11,400 bases of DNA, taken from positions 1 to 11,400 of IMG/VR virus record IMGVR_UViG_3300023545_000211, one strand, 5' to 3'. The translations under genes were made by a program, and so were the position numbers. The notes under the pieces are model-generated. The model made no database searches, was not told the DNA's origin, and saw only the letters and a list, made by a program, of their open reading frames with translations. Source of the DNA: a virus. Shown here piece after piece: positions 1 to 6,050 of this stretch (position 1 is its first letter; the number at the start of each line of letters is the position of its first letter).

Positions 1-55
1 GAGTGCAAGCGTAAAGCGTAGCTTTAAAAGGTCGCCTTGCCCTGCTCTCCCTCTT
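1..55. repeat. Terminal overlap copy A (identical to 11346-11400)
   Basis: GAGTGCAAGCGTAAAGCGTAGCTTTAAAAGGTCGCCTTGCCCTGCTCTCCCTCTT occurs at both window ends with 55/55 identity. This is typical of a circular contig closed by assembler k-mer overlap. Confidence 0.95.
7..20. repeat. Tandem heptad AAGCGTA x2 (the same heptad is embedded in the conserved box core)
   Basis: AAGCGTA occurs at 7-13 and 14-20, just past the stop of the 58-aa gene, and is duplicated at 11352-11365 by the end overlap. The heptad also occurs at 3156-3162 and 6024-6030. Confidence 0.4.
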
Positions 56-200
56 TCCAAAACATATCAAGTTCACCGGAAAAAAGATTCCTGGCAATTT
101 TGTAAAGCTCACTGATGGCTGTTTCGCGGTCAACGCCGTCCAGCTCAAGGCCGATTTCGCGCTCGTAGCCGTTTTCTTTACTGATAGCCCAAATTTTCAT
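24..200 (-). CDS. Hypothetical small protein (58 aa)
   Basis: Below the track cutoff and translated by hand: MKIWAISKENGYEREIGLELDGVDRETAISELYKIARNLFSGELDMFWKEGEQGKATF*. The ATG at 200-198 overlaps the TGA of the upstream gene (ATGA). GGAGG lies 7 nt upstream and the TAA stop is at 26-24. Confidence 0.55.
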   Translation of the reverse strand: MKIWAISKENGYEREIGLELDGVDRETAISELYKIARNLFSGELDMFWKEGEQGKATF

Positions 201-721
201 TTTATCGCCTCCATAATTTTATCAAACTGAAAAGCCATTATTTCAGCTTCTCTCTTTTTGTGCGCTCTGATCGCGGCTTGTATGCGCCTGCGGCTGTCCT
301 CTGGCTCTGCGTCCAGCTCCGGCCTTGTCAGCATAGCGAGGCGGGCTTGTATGCCCTCTAACTCGATCTGCAATGCCTCCGGCTGCATCAATGCCTTTCC
401 GTACACCGTTACAAGGTCGGCGCGGCTCTGCGCTGCAAAGACGCTGTCCCCGGTGATCCTGCCTATACAATCCACGGCAAGCAATAGTAGCTTTGCCGTT
501 GGCTCTCCCGCCTGTATGCCTTTAAGAATAGAAGTTCTTGCGGCCTCGCTTTCCGCTATGGCTGCTTGTTTCTCTTTGCAGATAGCAAGCGCCCTTTCTT
601 CGGCTTCTGTGCGCCGTTCCTGCTCTCGCAATAGCGGGGCTATGCTGAAACGCTCCGCGCCCTCCTGCGCGTCCTGTGTGGCTTCCTGTGCCGTTTGCGC
701 GGCATATTCCCATAAGTTCAT
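197..721 (-). CDS. Hypothetical protein (174 aa), helical and charged, last large gene of the primase operon
   Basis: Long ORF with a GGGGG-type RBS upstream of the ATG (ttaaGGGGGcggcagtATG). It starts 12 nt after the primase-helicase stop. No motif recognised. Confidence 0.7.
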   Translation of the reverse strand: MNLWEYAAQTAQEATQDAQEGAERFSIAPLLREQERRTEAEERALAICKEKQAAIAESEAARTSILKGIQAGEPTAKLLLLAVDCIGRITGDSVFAAQSRADLVTVYGKALMQPEALQIELEGIQARLAMLTRPELDAEPEDSRRRIQAAIRAHKKREAEIMAFQFDKIMEAIK

Positions 722-733
722 ACTGCCGCCCCC

Positions 734-2680
734 TTAAAAGCGCTTTGCGCCCGCTGCGTCCTCGCTTTCGGTCGGTCTAAACAAGTCAAACTGCGGGTAG
801 TATTCAAAGCTGGCCTTGTAGCTGCTGATCCCGTAGCGGTTTTTAAGGCATACAAGCTCAACCTGTCGCGGCATTTCCTGCTTTGCCTCTCTGATCCTTT
901 CGCGCTTCTCTATAATGCTTTTTTCTTTTGTAAATAGATCATCATTCAAGGCCGAAAGCTGCAAGCCCCACACTACATCGGCGGTATATTCAATGCCGCC
1001 GCTTTCTTTGAAGCTCTCAAAGTCAATGGGCGCAAGGTAATTGCTGCGGTTTACGCTGCTTACAAGAATTATTGGCAGGTCGAGGGCGCGGCTTATACGC
1101 TTTAGCTCCGTTACATTGTTGTCTGTCTGTTCTTTTACGGTCTGCCGTCCCTCTCCCTGCAAGATTTGCAGATAGTCCACAATAACAACGGGCTTTACTT
1201 CGTTGCGGCTCATATACCGGCGCACATACTCGCCTATAAAAGAAACTGTGCAAGCAAAGTTCCCCTCAATAACGCTCATGCGGTCTTGCACGGCCTCTGT
1301 GTACGCTCTGGCGGCATCCAGCGCCGCCGGGGTCAATCTGCCGCCCCGGATAGAAAGACTTGTGCAGGCGGTGCTTATATCCCGCTGCGCGGTGATCCTG
1401 GCAAGGCTCTTGCTCACCATTTCAAGGCGGCTTTGCTCCATGCTGAAAAACAAGATATGTTCCCCCGCTGCCGCCATCTGATCCGCCACTTGATGAATGA
1501 ATGTTGTTTTCCCCAAAGAGGAAATAGCGCCCAATACATACAAGCCGGGGTAAATGCCGCCCGCCTGCCGGTCAAGGTTTTCAAAGCCGGTTTTGCGGGT
1601 GGAGCTGCGCCGGAAATTCTCAATTTCCCCCGCCATCAAAGAATTAATATAGGCGGTTACGCTGTCCGGCGTGGCTCTGGTGCTTCGCTGCGCGGCTTGT
1701 ACCGCTTCAATAAAAGCTGCTCTGTTGCTTGTAAGGGCTTCGTTTGCGTCTTTATGCCCCCCTGTAATATCAACGCTCAAATGGGCGATATTAAGCCCTT
1801 GTAAGCCCTCTGCAAGCTCTCTGCCCGCTCTCCGCCCCGCTTCGTCATTGTCTGGGCAAAGCAGTAGCGTTGCCTTTGTGCCGTGTTCTTCGATATACTC
1901 AAGCAATTTGTGCGTGTTGCTGGTGCTTCCGGTCGCCACGGCCTCCCCGCCTGCCTCGATGATAGAAAGCGCGTCTATTTCCCCCTCCACAATAAACACG
2001 GGGGCATTTTCCGCAGCTCTCGTTAATGCAGCGTGGTTAAAGAGCTGCGCGGCTCCCTCTTTCATCTTTGCAAAGCGCCTCTCCTGCTCCGTCAGCTCCC
2101 GGCGCGTATCTCGCGCAAGGTAGCTGCTGGCGCTGGTCGGAATAATCAGCCGGGGGCTTGTCGGCGGGTTTCTGCCGTTCTTCACGGCCTGCGGGCTTCT
2201 CCATGCAGGATCAAAGCCCAATCCATACTGCGCCGCCTTTTCTAAGCTGATACCTCGAAAAGAAAGATATTCAAGCGCTGCCCTGTCTGTAAGTCTCTCC
2301 CCGCACTCGATGAAATACGCCTTATAATCCGCTTGCGCCTCCGCGCCCCCTGTTGCGGGGGCGCTGGTGGGCGCTGGCTGCGTTTTAACGGGTGCGGCGG
2401 TGTGATCGTCCACGGCAATATTAAAGCGCTCACAAAGGGCTGCAAACGCCTCCGGCATGGTTGCGCCGTGTTCCCGCTGGTAAAGGTCGATAAGATCGCC
2501 CCCAAAGCTGCACTTGAAGCACTTCAAATGCGTTGTGCCTGGTTTAACGGTGATCCCGTCCCCGGTGCTGCCGGTGCCGTTCTTGCACAAGGGGCAAATG
2601 TAAGTTCCGTGCTTCTTCGCCGGCTGCAGATAGTCCGCATACCGGCTCTTAATTTCCTGCTTTGCCTGGTCTCTCGTCAT
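734..2680 (-). CDS. Bifunctional DNA primase / DnaB-like replicative helicase (648 aa)
   Basis: N-terminal CHC2-type zinc finger (CPLCKNGTGS...HLKCFKCSFGGDLIDLY). TOPRIM motifs (VFIVEGEIDALS ... LCPDNDEAGRRA). C-terminal RecA/DnaB-type ATPase with Walker A (GAISSLGKTTF) and Walker B (VVIVDYLQIL). GGAGGG RBS. Confidence 0.9.
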   Translation of the reverse strand: MTRDQAKQEIKSRYADYLQPAKKHGTYICPLCKNGTGSTGDGITVKPGTTHLKCFKCSFGGDLIDLYQREHGATMPEAFAALCERFNIAVDDHTAAPVKTQPAPTSAPATGGAEAQADYKAYFIECGERLTDRAALEYLSFRGISLEKAAQYGLGFDPAWRSPQAVKNGRNPPTSPRLIIPTSASSYLARDTRRELTEQERRFAKMKEGAAQLFNHAALTRAAENAPVFIVEGEIDALSIIEAGGEAVATGSTSNTHKLLEYIEEHGTKATLLLCPDNDEAGRRAGRELAEGLQGLNIAHLSVDITGGHKDANEALTSNRAAFIEAVQAAQRSTRATPDSVTAYINSLMAGEIENFRRSSTRKTGFENLDRQAGGIYPGLYVLGAISSLGKTTFIHQVADQMAAAGEHILFFSMEQSRLEMVSKSLARITAQRDISTACTSLSIRGGRLTPAALDAARAYTEAVQDRMSVIEGNFACTVSFIGEYVRRYMSRNEVKPVVIVDYLQILQGEGRQTVKEQTDNNVTELKRISRALDLPIILVSSVNRSNYLAPIDFESFKESGGIEYTADVVWGLQLSALNDDLFTKEKSIIEKRERIREAKQEMPRQVELVCLKNRYGISSYKASFEYYPQFDLFRPTESEDAAGAKRF

Positions 2681-3007
2681 TTATTCTTTCCCTCCCTGCT
2701 CTGCCGCCTGCTCCTGCAAGGTCATAATGAGCGCTTCATAAACAATGCGGGTTGCGTTCATAAATCCCATGCAATACGCCTCGCTACTGATCCACGCCAT
2801 TTTCTTTATCGTTGGCCACTTTTTGAATGATCCCTCTGCGCCCTCTGTCTTTTCCATTGCTGCGGTGTTTTCTCCGATCTCCACCAGAAGATTATAGGAT
2901 GATTCCTCGTCCATCTGCTTTTTTACGCTTTCGTAAACTTTCAAAAGCTCGTCATCACTGGGGATCTCCAAATCAATGATCCCGTTAAAATCGATTTTCA
3001 TTTTCAT
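2681..3007 (-). CDS. Hypothetical acidic protein (108 aa), first gene of the primase operon
   Basis: The track ORF starts at a TTG at 3058 with no RBS. I prefer ATG 3007 (or ATG 3001), preceded by GAAAGGA (MKMKIDFNG...). Its stop abuts the primase ATG (TAAATG). Confidence 0.6.
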   Translation of the reverse strand: MKMKIDFNGIIDLEIPSDDELLKVYESVKKQMDEESSYNLLVEIGENTAAMEKTEGAEGSFKKWPTIKKMAWISSEAYCMGFMNATRIVYEALIMTLQEQAAEQGGKE

Positions 3008-3019
3008 TTTTCCTTTCAG

Positions 3020-3048
3020 TTGTAAAAACGCCCTTATTGTGGTACACT
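3020..3048 (+). promoter_or_regulatory. Plus-strand promoter candidate for an antisense RNA
   Basis: TTGTAA (3020-3025), a 17-nt spacer, then TACACT (3043-3048) with a TGn extension at 3040-3042. No plus-strand CDS lies downstream. Confidence 0.35.
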
Positions 3049-3054
3049 GAAAGG

Positions 3055-3140
3055 GCAAGGGCTGCGCCGCTTTCGGTGTAGTCTGGTTGCGGGGGCGGTA
3101 GCGTGTTCACTTGCCGGTGTGCGCTGCCGTCCTCTTTTTG
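3055..3140 (+). ncRNA. Candidate ~85-nt antisense (counter-transcript) RNA complementary to the primase-operon leader
   Basis: It is bounded by the plus-strand promoter candidate and a plus-strand intrinsic terminator. It contains a small hairpin (GCGCCG-cttt-CGGTGT) and the terminator hairpin. Confidence 0.3.
3094..3140 (+). terminator. Plus-strand intrinsic terminator-like hairpin plus T-run
   Basis: GGCGGTAGCG (3094-3103) pairs with CGCTGCCGTCC (3122-3132), with one bulge and one G-T pair. It is followed by TCTTTTTG (3133-3140). The T-run exists only on the plus strand. Confidence 0.4.
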
Positions 3141-3146
3141 CGCGGA

Positions 3147-3182
3147 TTTCTAATTAAGCGTATGTATCTAATCTCGGTTAGC
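3147..3182. promoter_or_regulatory. Conserved box copy 1 (17-bp core TTTCTAATTAAGCGTAT plus a CTAAT-N6-TTAG inverted repeat)
   Basis: The core at 3147-3163 is identical to 6015-6031. The flanking 19 bp match at 12/19. It lies in the leader of the primase operon. Confidence 0.55.
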
Positions 3183-3199
3183 CCTCCTTTCTTGCCTAT

Positions 3200-3236
3200 A
3201 AAAAGGGATTTTCCGCAATATAAAATCGCCCTTTTT
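3200..3236. other. Inverted repeat AAAAAGGG-N21-CCCTTTTT flanking an AT-rich spacer
   Basis: The arms are 3200-3207 and 3229-3236. They resemble the C/T-rich half of the iteron, so this may be an operator-like partial iteron pair. The function is speculative. Confidence 0.3.
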
Positions 3237-3247
3237 ACATTGAGTTT

Positions 3248-3256
3248 ATTATAGCA
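3248..3256 (-). promoter_or_regulatory. Extended -10 promoter candidate for the primase-helicase operon
   Basis: The minus strand reads TGcTATAAT, with a perfect -10 at 3253-3248 and a TG extension. No good -35 is present. It would give a leader of roughly 235 nt before ATG 3007. Confidence 0.35.
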
Positions 3257-3288
3257 CGCCGCCCCGCGTAGCGGAGCAGGCGGAGTGC
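3254..3288. other. GC-rich nested inverted repeat beside the AT-rich repeats
   Basis: GCACGCCGCC (3254-3263) pairs with GGCGGAGTGC (3279-3288) at 9/10 positions. An inner palindrome CCGC-gta-GCGG sits at 3264-3274. Confidence 0.6.
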
Positions 3289-3295
3289 TACTTAA

Positions 3296-3331
3296 ATATT
3301 TTAGATATTTTAGTTATTTTAGGGATTTTCA
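3296..3331. repeat. AT-rich 9-bp tandem repeats (candidate DNA-unwinding element)
   Basis: ATATTTTAG (3296), ATATTTTAG (3305), TTATTTTAG (3314) and GGATTTTCA (3323). The array lies 44 bp from the iteron array. Confidence 0.6.
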
Positions 3332-3374
3332 CCCCCTGAAAAGCCTTGTGCTGCAAGGGGTTGTAAAAATGTTT

Positions 3375-3462
3375 GCTGTCCGCTACCCCCCTTTTTGCTG
3401 TCCGCTACCCCCCCTTTTGCTGTCCGCTACCCCCCTTTTTGCTGTCCGCTACCCCCCTTTTT
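3375..3462. repeat. Four exact-period 22-bp tandem direct repeats (candidate iterons of oriV)
   Basis: GCTGTCCGCTACCCCCCTTTTT at 3375-3396, 3397-3418 (C7T4 variant), 3419-3440 and 3441-3462. The repeats are contiguous with no spacers. The 22-bp period is about two helical turns. Confidence 0.8.
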
Positions 3463-4688
3463 CTGGCCTCTTTTCTTTCAAGGCGCTTTGTTTGGTCTGG
3501 GTATTCGCCCGTCCAAAAAACACGAATACGGGTTGCCGCAAATGTTTCGTAGTCCTGCATACTCAAATCATGTTCGGGTAACGGGGAACCATTCTTCCCG
3601 CAATATTCCCACGAAAGAAAAGACGAAAGGGCGTTCATGTCGCGTTCAAAAGGTTCTACAATACGGCGCCCGAAAGCGCGGTCGGTGTCTTTGACCTCTG
3701 CATACTTCGGGAGATAGGGGCAGGCGGCTAAAAGAGTTTCTACGGAAATAATATCTTCGTTGGGTTTCCCTGCGTTCATGTTCTTATGCTCTGAAATTCT
3801 GCGGGCAAGGTAATAGCTGTTTGGGTTTTTTCGGTCATCGAGGCGAAAAGCGTCTTTCGGGTAAGGCATAATTGTGCAGCGCATCAGATATGAATAGTAA
3901 GTGCTGCCAAAGCTGAAAAGAATATTTCCGCGCTTCACTACTCCAACGGCATCACATATGCGCATCTTGAACCATCCGCCATCAGCTCCGCGCCGCTTCT
4001 CTGTAAACTCTAAGTCGGTGTTATACATGGTCAGTAAGTCGGCGTTTACTTGTTTACGGGCTTCTTTTTTGTCGCTGATCCCGCGTAACTCCATGTATTC
4101 ATCTAAAGGCAGCGTTACAAACGGGCTTTTTGCGCCGGTTTCCGTAAATTTTCGTGTTAATGCATCAAGCAGTTTGTGCGTAGAAGTCTTAAAACCTGCT
4201 ATGCTTTGAAAGTCGCGCAAGGAAACTTTCAGATTGCCGCTTTTGATTGTAGCTATACCGGTGATCTCGTCCACCTTTGCACGGTCGCTGCGAATTTTAG
4301 AAAGGGCATTTGTAGCGCTCCCTTGTCTGATAACGCCGAAAGCCTTTGAAAGTGTATCGACAATTTCTTTTTGCGCTGCGGCGTTTTGGGGCGGGAAAAG
4401 GCTTGCTTGCCCGTCGAGCTGGTCAGCATCTATGAGCGCGGAGAGCATCGCCGCTACGCTTTGCGGGGCGGTGCCGGTCATGTCGCCCAGGCTAAAAAGC
4501 AAAGCGCGCTTTATGCTGTCTTGATATTTATTCGTTGTGGCTAAACATTCGGCGTTCCAAGCGGCCCACGCCTCGGCGCTGGCCTCGTCCGCAAAATTGT
4601 ATTCCGGCTCTTTCGCTTCAAGGGCTTTCATAGCCGATAAATAAGCCTGTATGTTCTCGCGGTCGGTGGCAGTTAGTTTTTCAGCCAT
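3405..4688 (-). CDS. Putative plasmid/phage replication initiator (iteron-binding Rep-like, 427 aa)
   Basis: AAAGGAGGG RBS. The C-terminal two thirds reads like tandem winged-helix Rep modules (e.g. FVTLPLDEYMELRGISDKKEARKQV... and NSYYLARRISEH...DIISVETLL...RAFGRRIVEPFERDMNAL). The 3' end runs into a 4 x 22 bp iteron array next to an AT-rich repeat. The family assignment is not verified. Confidence 0.5.
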   Translation of the reverse strand: MAEKLTATDRENIQAYLSAMKALEAKEPEYNFADEASAEAWAAWNAECLATTNKYQDSIKRALLFSLGDMTGTAPQSVAAMLSALIDADQLDGQASLFPPQNAAAQKEIVDTLSKAFGVIRQGSATNALSKIRSDRAKVDEITGIATIKSGNLKVSLRDFQSIAGFKTSTHKLLDALTRKFTETGAKSPFVTLPLDEYMELRGISDKKEARKQVNADLLTMYNTDLEFTEKRRGADGGWFKMRICDAVGVVKRGNILFSFGSTYYSYLMRCTIMPYPKDAFRLDDRKNPNSYYLARRISEHKNMNAGKPNEDIISVETLLAACPYLPKYAEVKDTDRAFGRRIVEPFERDMNALSSFLSWEYCGKNGSPLPEHDLSMQDYETFAATRIRVFWTGEYPDQTKRLERKEARKRGVADSKKGGSGQQKGG

Positions 4689-4706
4689 GACACGCCCTCC
4701 TTTCTC

Positions 4707-5030
4707 TTAAAGGCTTTCAAGGATTGCCTTTGCAGCGTCAAACGCTGCGCCGTTCTTCTCTCGTTCCTCTGCCACAAGGATATTTACAAACTGCGTCATA
4801 GTCTGGCCTTTCAGCTTTGACATGGTGCGTATATAGTCCATGTTGTCAGCGGTAAAGGCCATATTGATACGGTCGAGCTTTGCGCCTTTCTGCCCTTGTG
4901 TTTTAAGGTCTGCAAGTGCCTTTTGTGCTGGTGTTGCTTCTTGCACTTCCTGTACTTCCTGCGCCGCTCCGATGATCGTATTATAAACCGGCTGCGCGGC
5001 TTCTGCTGCGGGCTTGAAACTCTTTCCCAT
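4707..5030 (-). CDS. Ribbon-helix-helix DNA-binding protein, ParG/omega-like partner of ParA (107 aa)
   Basis: The C-terminal region shows a beta-strand plus two-helix pattern (KLDRINMAFTADNMDYIRTMSKLKGQTMTQFVNILVAEE) after a low-complexity N-terminal tail. It sits immediately downstream of parA, as in type Ib partition loci. GGAGG RBS inside the parA 3' end. Confidence 0.6.
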   Translation of the reverse strand: MGKSFKPAAEAAQPVYNTIIGAAQEVQEVQEATPAQKALADLKTQGQKGAKLDRINMAFTADNMDYIRTMSKLKGQTMTQFVNILVAEEREKNGAAFDAAKAILESL

Positions 5031-5035
5031 ATTCT

Positions 5036-5782
5036 TTATACCTCCAATTCGTTTAATAGGGCTTCATAGTCTTTCGCGGGGTTGCTGCGTGGTGCATAGT
5101 CAAAGAGATTTTCCCGCATGGTCTGCGCCTCTTTTACGGCTACGCCCTCGCGGATCGCCGTTGTAAGCATCGGTATTCCCAGCTCCGCGCATTTCTCCGC
5201 TATGGTGTCGCGCAGATCGCGGGCAAGGACGGTGCGGGGGCTGTACTTCGTCAATAGCGCCCCTCTGATCGTCAAGCCGGGGTTACAATACTGCTGCACT
5301 TGCTTTATCGTGTCTGCAAGCTGGTAAATGCTCTGCAAGGCGAAAGTGTCAGCCTGTAAGGGTATAATAACCTCGTGCGCTGCCGTCAGGCTATTTACAA
5401 GCAGCGTTCCCAATGTGGGCGGGGTGTCTATCACGATAAGGTCATATTCCTTTAGAGGCTTCAATGCAGCTTGCAAGAGAAAGTCGCGCCCCGCCCTGCT
5501 GGATAGTTCCGCATCAGCTCCGGCAAGCTGCAAGCTGGCGGGGATTATATCGGGCATACCGGGTATGTGCTGGATAAGCGGGGCGGCATCTGCGCCTTTC
5601 AAAAGGTCATAGCTGCCCTTTTTCGTGCCGTCTGCGCGGCAAATGGTTGTTAGGCTGCCTTGCGGGTCGAGGTCAACGCAAAGTGCGTTCTTGCCGCGTT
5701 TAATTGCCCCCTGCGCTATTGCTGCGGCTGTGCTGGTCTTTGCTACGCCGCCTTTTTGGTTTGATACGCTGATAATACGCAT
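5036..5782 (-). CDS. parA: ParA/Soj-family partition ATPase (248 aa from ATG 5782)
   Basis: Deviant Walker A (SNQKGGVAKTST), the DLDPQGS motif and Walker B-like LIVIDTPP. The track start at 5800 is a TTG inside the RBS, whereas ATG 5782 is preceded by AAAGGAG. It is small and has no N-terminal HTH, which fits type Ib. Confidence 0.92.
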   Translation of the reverse strand: MRIISVSNQKGGVAKTSTAAAIAQGAIKRGKNALCVDLDPQGSLTTICRADGTKKGSYDLLKGADAAPLIQHIPGMPDIIPASLQLAGADAELSSRAGRDFLLQAALKPLKEYDLIVIDTPPTLGTLLVNSLTAAHEVIIPLQADTFALQSIYQLADTIKQVQQYCNPGLTIRGALLTKYSPRTVLARDLRDTIAEKCAELGIPMLTTAIREGVAVKEAQTMRENLFDYAPRSNPAKDYEALLNELEV

Positions 5783-5796
5783 CGTGTATGCTCCTT

Positions 5797-5955
5797 TCAA
5801 GGCTCTTGTACTTCTTCCGCTTCTTCTACGGATACGCTATCAAAGCAAGCCCGCATCTGGTCGAGGACGCGGCGAACGGTCTGTGCGTCCAGCCCTGCGG
5901 CCTGCATAGCAAGGATTGCGTAGCCCTCGCAAGCGTTGTTGCTCCATTCTTCCAT
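5797..5955 (-). CDS. Hypothetical small protein (52 aa), first ORF of the par-rep operon
   Basis: Hand-translated codon by codon: MEEWSNNACEGYAILAMQAAGLDAQTVRRVLDQMRACFDSVSVEEAEEVQEP*. AGAGAGG lies 10 nt upstream of the ATG. The TGA stop is 15 nt before the parA ATG. It is downstream of a TTGCAC-17-TATAAA promoter. Confidence 0.5.
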   Translation of the reverse strand: MEEWSNNACEGYAILAMQAAGLDAQTVRRVLDQMRACFDSVSVEEAEEVQEP

Positions 5956-5984
5956 GCTTTATAAACCTCTCTTTCTTCAAGCAT

Positions 5985-6013
5985 TTTATATACTTTATAC
6001 GCATCATGTGCAA
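5985..6013 (-). promoter_or_regulatory. Promoter of the orf52-parA-RHH-rep operon
   Basis: The minus strand reads TTGCAC (6013-6008), a 17-nt spacer, then TATAAA (5990-5985). It lies about 30 nt upstream of the orf52 ATG. Confidence 0.5.
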
Positions 6014-6014
6014 T

Positions 6015-6050
6015 TTTCTAATTAAGCGTATAAATGTAATTCTGATTAGC
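6015..6050. promoter_or_regulatory. Conserved box copy 2, abutting the -35 of the par-rep promoter (candidate operator or parS-like site)
   Basis: The core is at 6015-6031, followed by a TAAT-tctg-ATTA inverted repeat. It starts 2 bp upstream of the -35 at 6008-6013 and overlaps the integrase stop codon. Confidence 0.55.

Noticed and set aside
1-55. 55-bp terminal repeat as a biological direct terminal repeat or LTR
   Set aside because: Exact identity, a length equal to a common assembler k-mer, and an operon that reads cleanly through the junction all make an assembly overlap of a circular molecule the simpler explanation. A true short DTR cannot be excluded without reads.
258-2830. Many plus-strand track ORFs (e.g. 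258-737, 1166-1804, 1671-2123, 2333-2830; likewise 5118-5909, 6241-6555, 7674-8362, 8320-8802, 9076-10273)
   Set aside because: They are antisense shadows of long minus-strand genes that have clear domain motifs. Their composition is Ala/Arg/Cys/Ser-rich junk, with no RBS and no motifs.
3056-3058. TTG-extended N-termini in the track (3058, 5800, 8528) and ATG 10900
   Set aside because: The TTG codons lack an RBS or lie inside the RBS or the upstream gene. Downstream ATG or GTG codons with proper Shine-Dalgarno spacing fit better. Starts remain predictions.
3160-3195. Strong orphan Shine-Dalgarno (minus-strand GAAAGGAGGG at ~3193-3184) in the primase-operon leader, possibly a 21-aa leader peptide from an ATT codon
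   Set aside because: No ATG, GTG or TTG lies within reach. An ATT start is too rare to claim from sequence alone. It may be a decoy or structural element, or part of the antisense-RNA target.
3375-3462. Tandem 22-bp repeats as a CRISPR array
   Set aside because: The repeats are contiguous with no spacers, there are only four copies, and no cas genes are present. The architecture fits iterons instead.
3285-3694. Plus-strand track ORFs (3285-3581, 3395-3694) with repeated 'AVRYPPF(C)CPLPP' peptides
   Set aside because: The peptide repeats are just the 22-bp iterons translated in shifting frames. There is no RBS, and both ORFs are antisense to the well-supported rep gene.
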